A DNA stretch of 64,000 nucleotides from Harriotta raleighana. Taxonomy: Eukaryota. The stretch is from the NCBI GenBank assembly GCA_050575255.1, contig JBNZDD010013709.1:5112788-5176787 (forward strand), given 5' to 3'. Both the position numbers and the translations under genes were made by a program. The notes below the pieces were generated by a model. That model was given only the letters and a program-made list of their open reading frames with translations. It had not been told where the DNA came from and made no database searches. Below are positions 61,790 to 64,000 of the stretch, in pieces. The first letter of the stretch is position 1, and each line of letters opens with the position of its first letter.

Positions 61790-62489
61790 AATAGTTATCA
61801 CCCATTTTATTCAACGTATGCTCAGTGCAACCGTCCTCTCATTCAATTGGCATTGCAAGTGAAGGGAACACATCGCTAACCTGTGCTCAGGCTGGGTGAG
61901 AGCAGGTGATCGTTATTCTGAATACTAATACACGGTGATATGGCGAAATAAACAACAAGAAATGTTGAGGGGGGAAAAAAATCGTCTTACTTATTAATAT
62001 GTATAAAATCCGGTGACTAATAATCCAGCTCAGGTATACATTATCGTCGGGGAAGCAAATGAAAATCGACCTGGAAACCATTTTTTTTATATTTATATCT
62101 TTGATATTTTTATATAGATATATATATATATAAAAAAATCTACAGAGCAGAAACACGCGTTTTCTTCTCCCACCTTTGGAAAGATTTTTGCCTCAAAAAC
62201 AAGTCTCGGGTGATTATTTCACGTGGAAAACAAACAAACAAACAAACTATTATATGGTCTGACGTTGTATTTACAATATTTATAGAAGTAATTTAGAGAG
62301 GAAACCCTGGCTGGAACAAGTTAGGATCTATTATTTCTCGATTTCTCGTTGTTTTGTTCCTTTTCACGTCAATATAACTTACTGTGTTGTGGATAGGAGG
62401 GTGGTGGGTGGGGGAGGGGAGGGAGGCAATGTCCTTTTACATCGATGTAATCCCGTTGGCTTCAGGAGAGAGAGACAACAAAAAAAGGA
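61790..62489 (-). other. HLX: Putative Hlx 3' UTR
   Basis: AU-rich sequence between the stop codon and AATAAA; Pumilio-type TGTAAATA at 62268-62275 (minus). Confidence 0.55.
61806..61811 (-). terminator. Candidate Hlx polyadenylation signal AATAAA
   Basis: TTTATT on the plus strand ~680 nt past the stop codon; alternatives at 61314-61324. Confidence 0.5.
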
Positions 62490-62855
62490 TTATTTTAATA
62501 GCACAGTTTGCAAGGGTGATGACGATGCTGGGTCACTGTGAGCTGGTGAGTCGCTTTGGTGTGATTCCCCAGTACTTGAAGGGGTGAGGCCAGACCTGAT
62601 AGCAATGGATTGATCTTCATCCCCACAGTCGTTCACCTCTACATCTTTTTCGTTAATGTCAGTGGATTCGGAGTCACTTCTGTCACTGTCACTGTGATGA
62701 TGGTGATGGTGGTTGTTGTTGTTGTCCTTCACTCCCTGCTCTCCCTCCTGAGAGGCTGGTTTCTCCACCAGATGCTCTTTTTCTTTCTCTTTCTGGGCCT
62801 GAGCTTCTTTTGAGTGTCTCCACTTCATCCGTCTGTTCTGAAACCACACTTTCAC
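62490..62855 (-). CDS. HLX: H2.0-like homeobox protein Hlx, last coding exon (121 aa plus stop)
   Basis: VKVWFQNRRMKWRHSKEAQAQKEKEKE is homeodomain helix 3 plus the HLX-specific flank (Dbx has KIWFQNRRMKWRNSKE); phase-0 acceptor ...ttcattgtttgcaaccaag|GTG with AG at 62857-62856; TAA at 62492-62490. Confidence 0.95.
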   Translation of the reverse strand: MKVWFQNRRMKWRHSKEAQAQKEKEKEHLVEKPASQEGEQGVKDNNNNHHHHHHSDSDRSDSESTDINEKDVEVNDCGDEDQSIAIRSGLTPSSTGESHQSDSPAHSDPASSSPLQTVLLK

Positions 62856-64000
62856 CTTGGTTGCAAACAATGAAGGAGGGGAGTGTGAGTGTGTGTGTGA
62901 GAGAGAGAGAGGAGGGGAGAAAATTAACACAAATTCTGAGGGGGAAGAAATTGAGCCAAAAAATACAATACTGTACATACAAATAAAATTACACTTTTTA
63001 AAAATCCTGTTCATTTGAGGAGTGTGTGTTTGTGGGGGCTGGGGGGGGTTGTGAATCAAGTCTGTAAATTAGTCGCTCAGTTATTTGACTCTCACATTTT
63101 ACAGTGCATCCCAAAAAAGGTCCATTTATGCCGACAAATCATTCCTTTCTCTCGGGGTCTACCTAAGAGAGAAAGCTTGGGATTTTACAAGGTTATAAAC
63201 GCGGCAGTCCCGCCCTTTTAAATGCATTCATTTACACCTTCATTCAATTGAATGGAGTCTTTTCCCCTCTGTTGGCAATCCAAACCAACTAAGTGGGTTG
63301 GTGGTGGGAGGAGGAATTTACTGAAACATACGAGATACGTTCTGTCTGTTTCTTTGCAGGAAATCACGGGGCTGTGTGTGGGATGTGTGTGAGAATTTCA
63401 CATTTAAAAAAAAATCTATGACTTGTTTTGTGGTGAAGTTGGATCACAAGTTGTAACAAGTGTGTTCTGTGAAAACTCTTCGTTTTTTACATCTAGTGCT
63501 GAAGATTCATACACTATTTTTCTACGTGCTACTCAACAAGTACTGTGTTTTACAACAGAAATGACTGTTCATTATGAAATGGCGCAATGTTTTCGCCTAC
63601 CCACCAAATACTCAGTCGACTCACTTTACAGTGTATTCTGTGAAGCGGCTTTGAGGCGTCTGGAAGACTTGATTAGGCGTTATATCAAACGCAAGGATTA
63701 TTACACACTATAGTGTGTCGTATTAATCACAACGACCTCAGAAAATTATTCCACAGTATTTCTCTTTCCGATGAGAATCGACTCGTTACGGATTTCCTAC
63801 GAGTTCTGTTTGTTTTTTAAATACCCCCAATATCTGTGTGTGTGTGTGTGTTTGTGCGTGGTGGGGGGGGGCTAGGGAAGTTCATTTCATCAGACGCTCA
63901 AATAATCAAACAACTACTTAATAAGTGGGTGCCTGAGTTCCCCCCCAACTCTGTGGTTGGAGGGGAGATAGTTAGATCTAATTAACTAACTAACAAACAA
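62856..64000 (-). other. HLX: Last intron of Hlx (partial; upstream exons lie beyond the window)
   Basis: The ORF upstream of the acceptor is low-complexity (CT/CA repeats) and lacks homeodomain helices 1-2; the intron position before VKVWFQNRR is typical. Confidence 0.85.
63580..63705 (+). mobile_element. SINE 3' tail in the Hlx intron
   Basis: tttcgcctacccaccaaatactcagtcgactcactttacagtgtattctgtgaagcggctttgag...tatatcaaacgcaaggattatta. Confidence 0.8.

Noticed and set aside
62856-63059. N-terminal 68 aa of the 189-aa ORF
   Set aside because: Intronic read-through upstream of the splice acceptor; low-complexity and not homeodomain sequence
1-64000. CRISPR arrays, operons, rRNA/snRNA genes or additional host exons
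   Set aside because: Eukaryotic repeat-rich intergenic DNA; no regularly spaced repeat-spacer structure and no recognisable RNA gene or second protein family seen

Overview
Vertebrate genomic DNA, almost certainly a cartilaginous fish and probably a holocephalan/chimaera. This is inferred from the repeat repertoire: Deu-domain SINEs, L2 and CR1 LINEs with shark-type tails, and Penelope-like foldback elements. The only host coding sequence I can support is the last exon of the homeobox gene Hlx (minus strand, 62855-62490), with part of its last intron and 3' UTR. The other ~61 kb is the Hlx 3' intergenic region. From 1 to ~47 kb it is dense in decayed retroelements, often nested, separated by TE-free motif-rich blocks that look like conserved enhancers. 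From ~47 to 64 kb it is TE-poorer and keeps more CpGs. Almost all ORFs in the track are repeat-derived or chance. I cannot support a wholly new biological system. The best leads are: Penelope-like elements carrying degenerate hammerhead-ribozyme cores (one with a perfect 12-bp TSD); a modular tRNA+CORE-like+Deu+L2-tail SINE series and a Deu-containing L2-like 3' end; two ~60-bp, ~90%-identical local duplications around candidate Hlx enhancers; a template-switch foldback and a 16-bp tail-only insertion inside L2 copies; and a non-L2/CR1 reverse transcriptase relic. Repeat boundaries were set by eye (about +/-20 bp), and family names come from recalled consensus sequences, not from searches.
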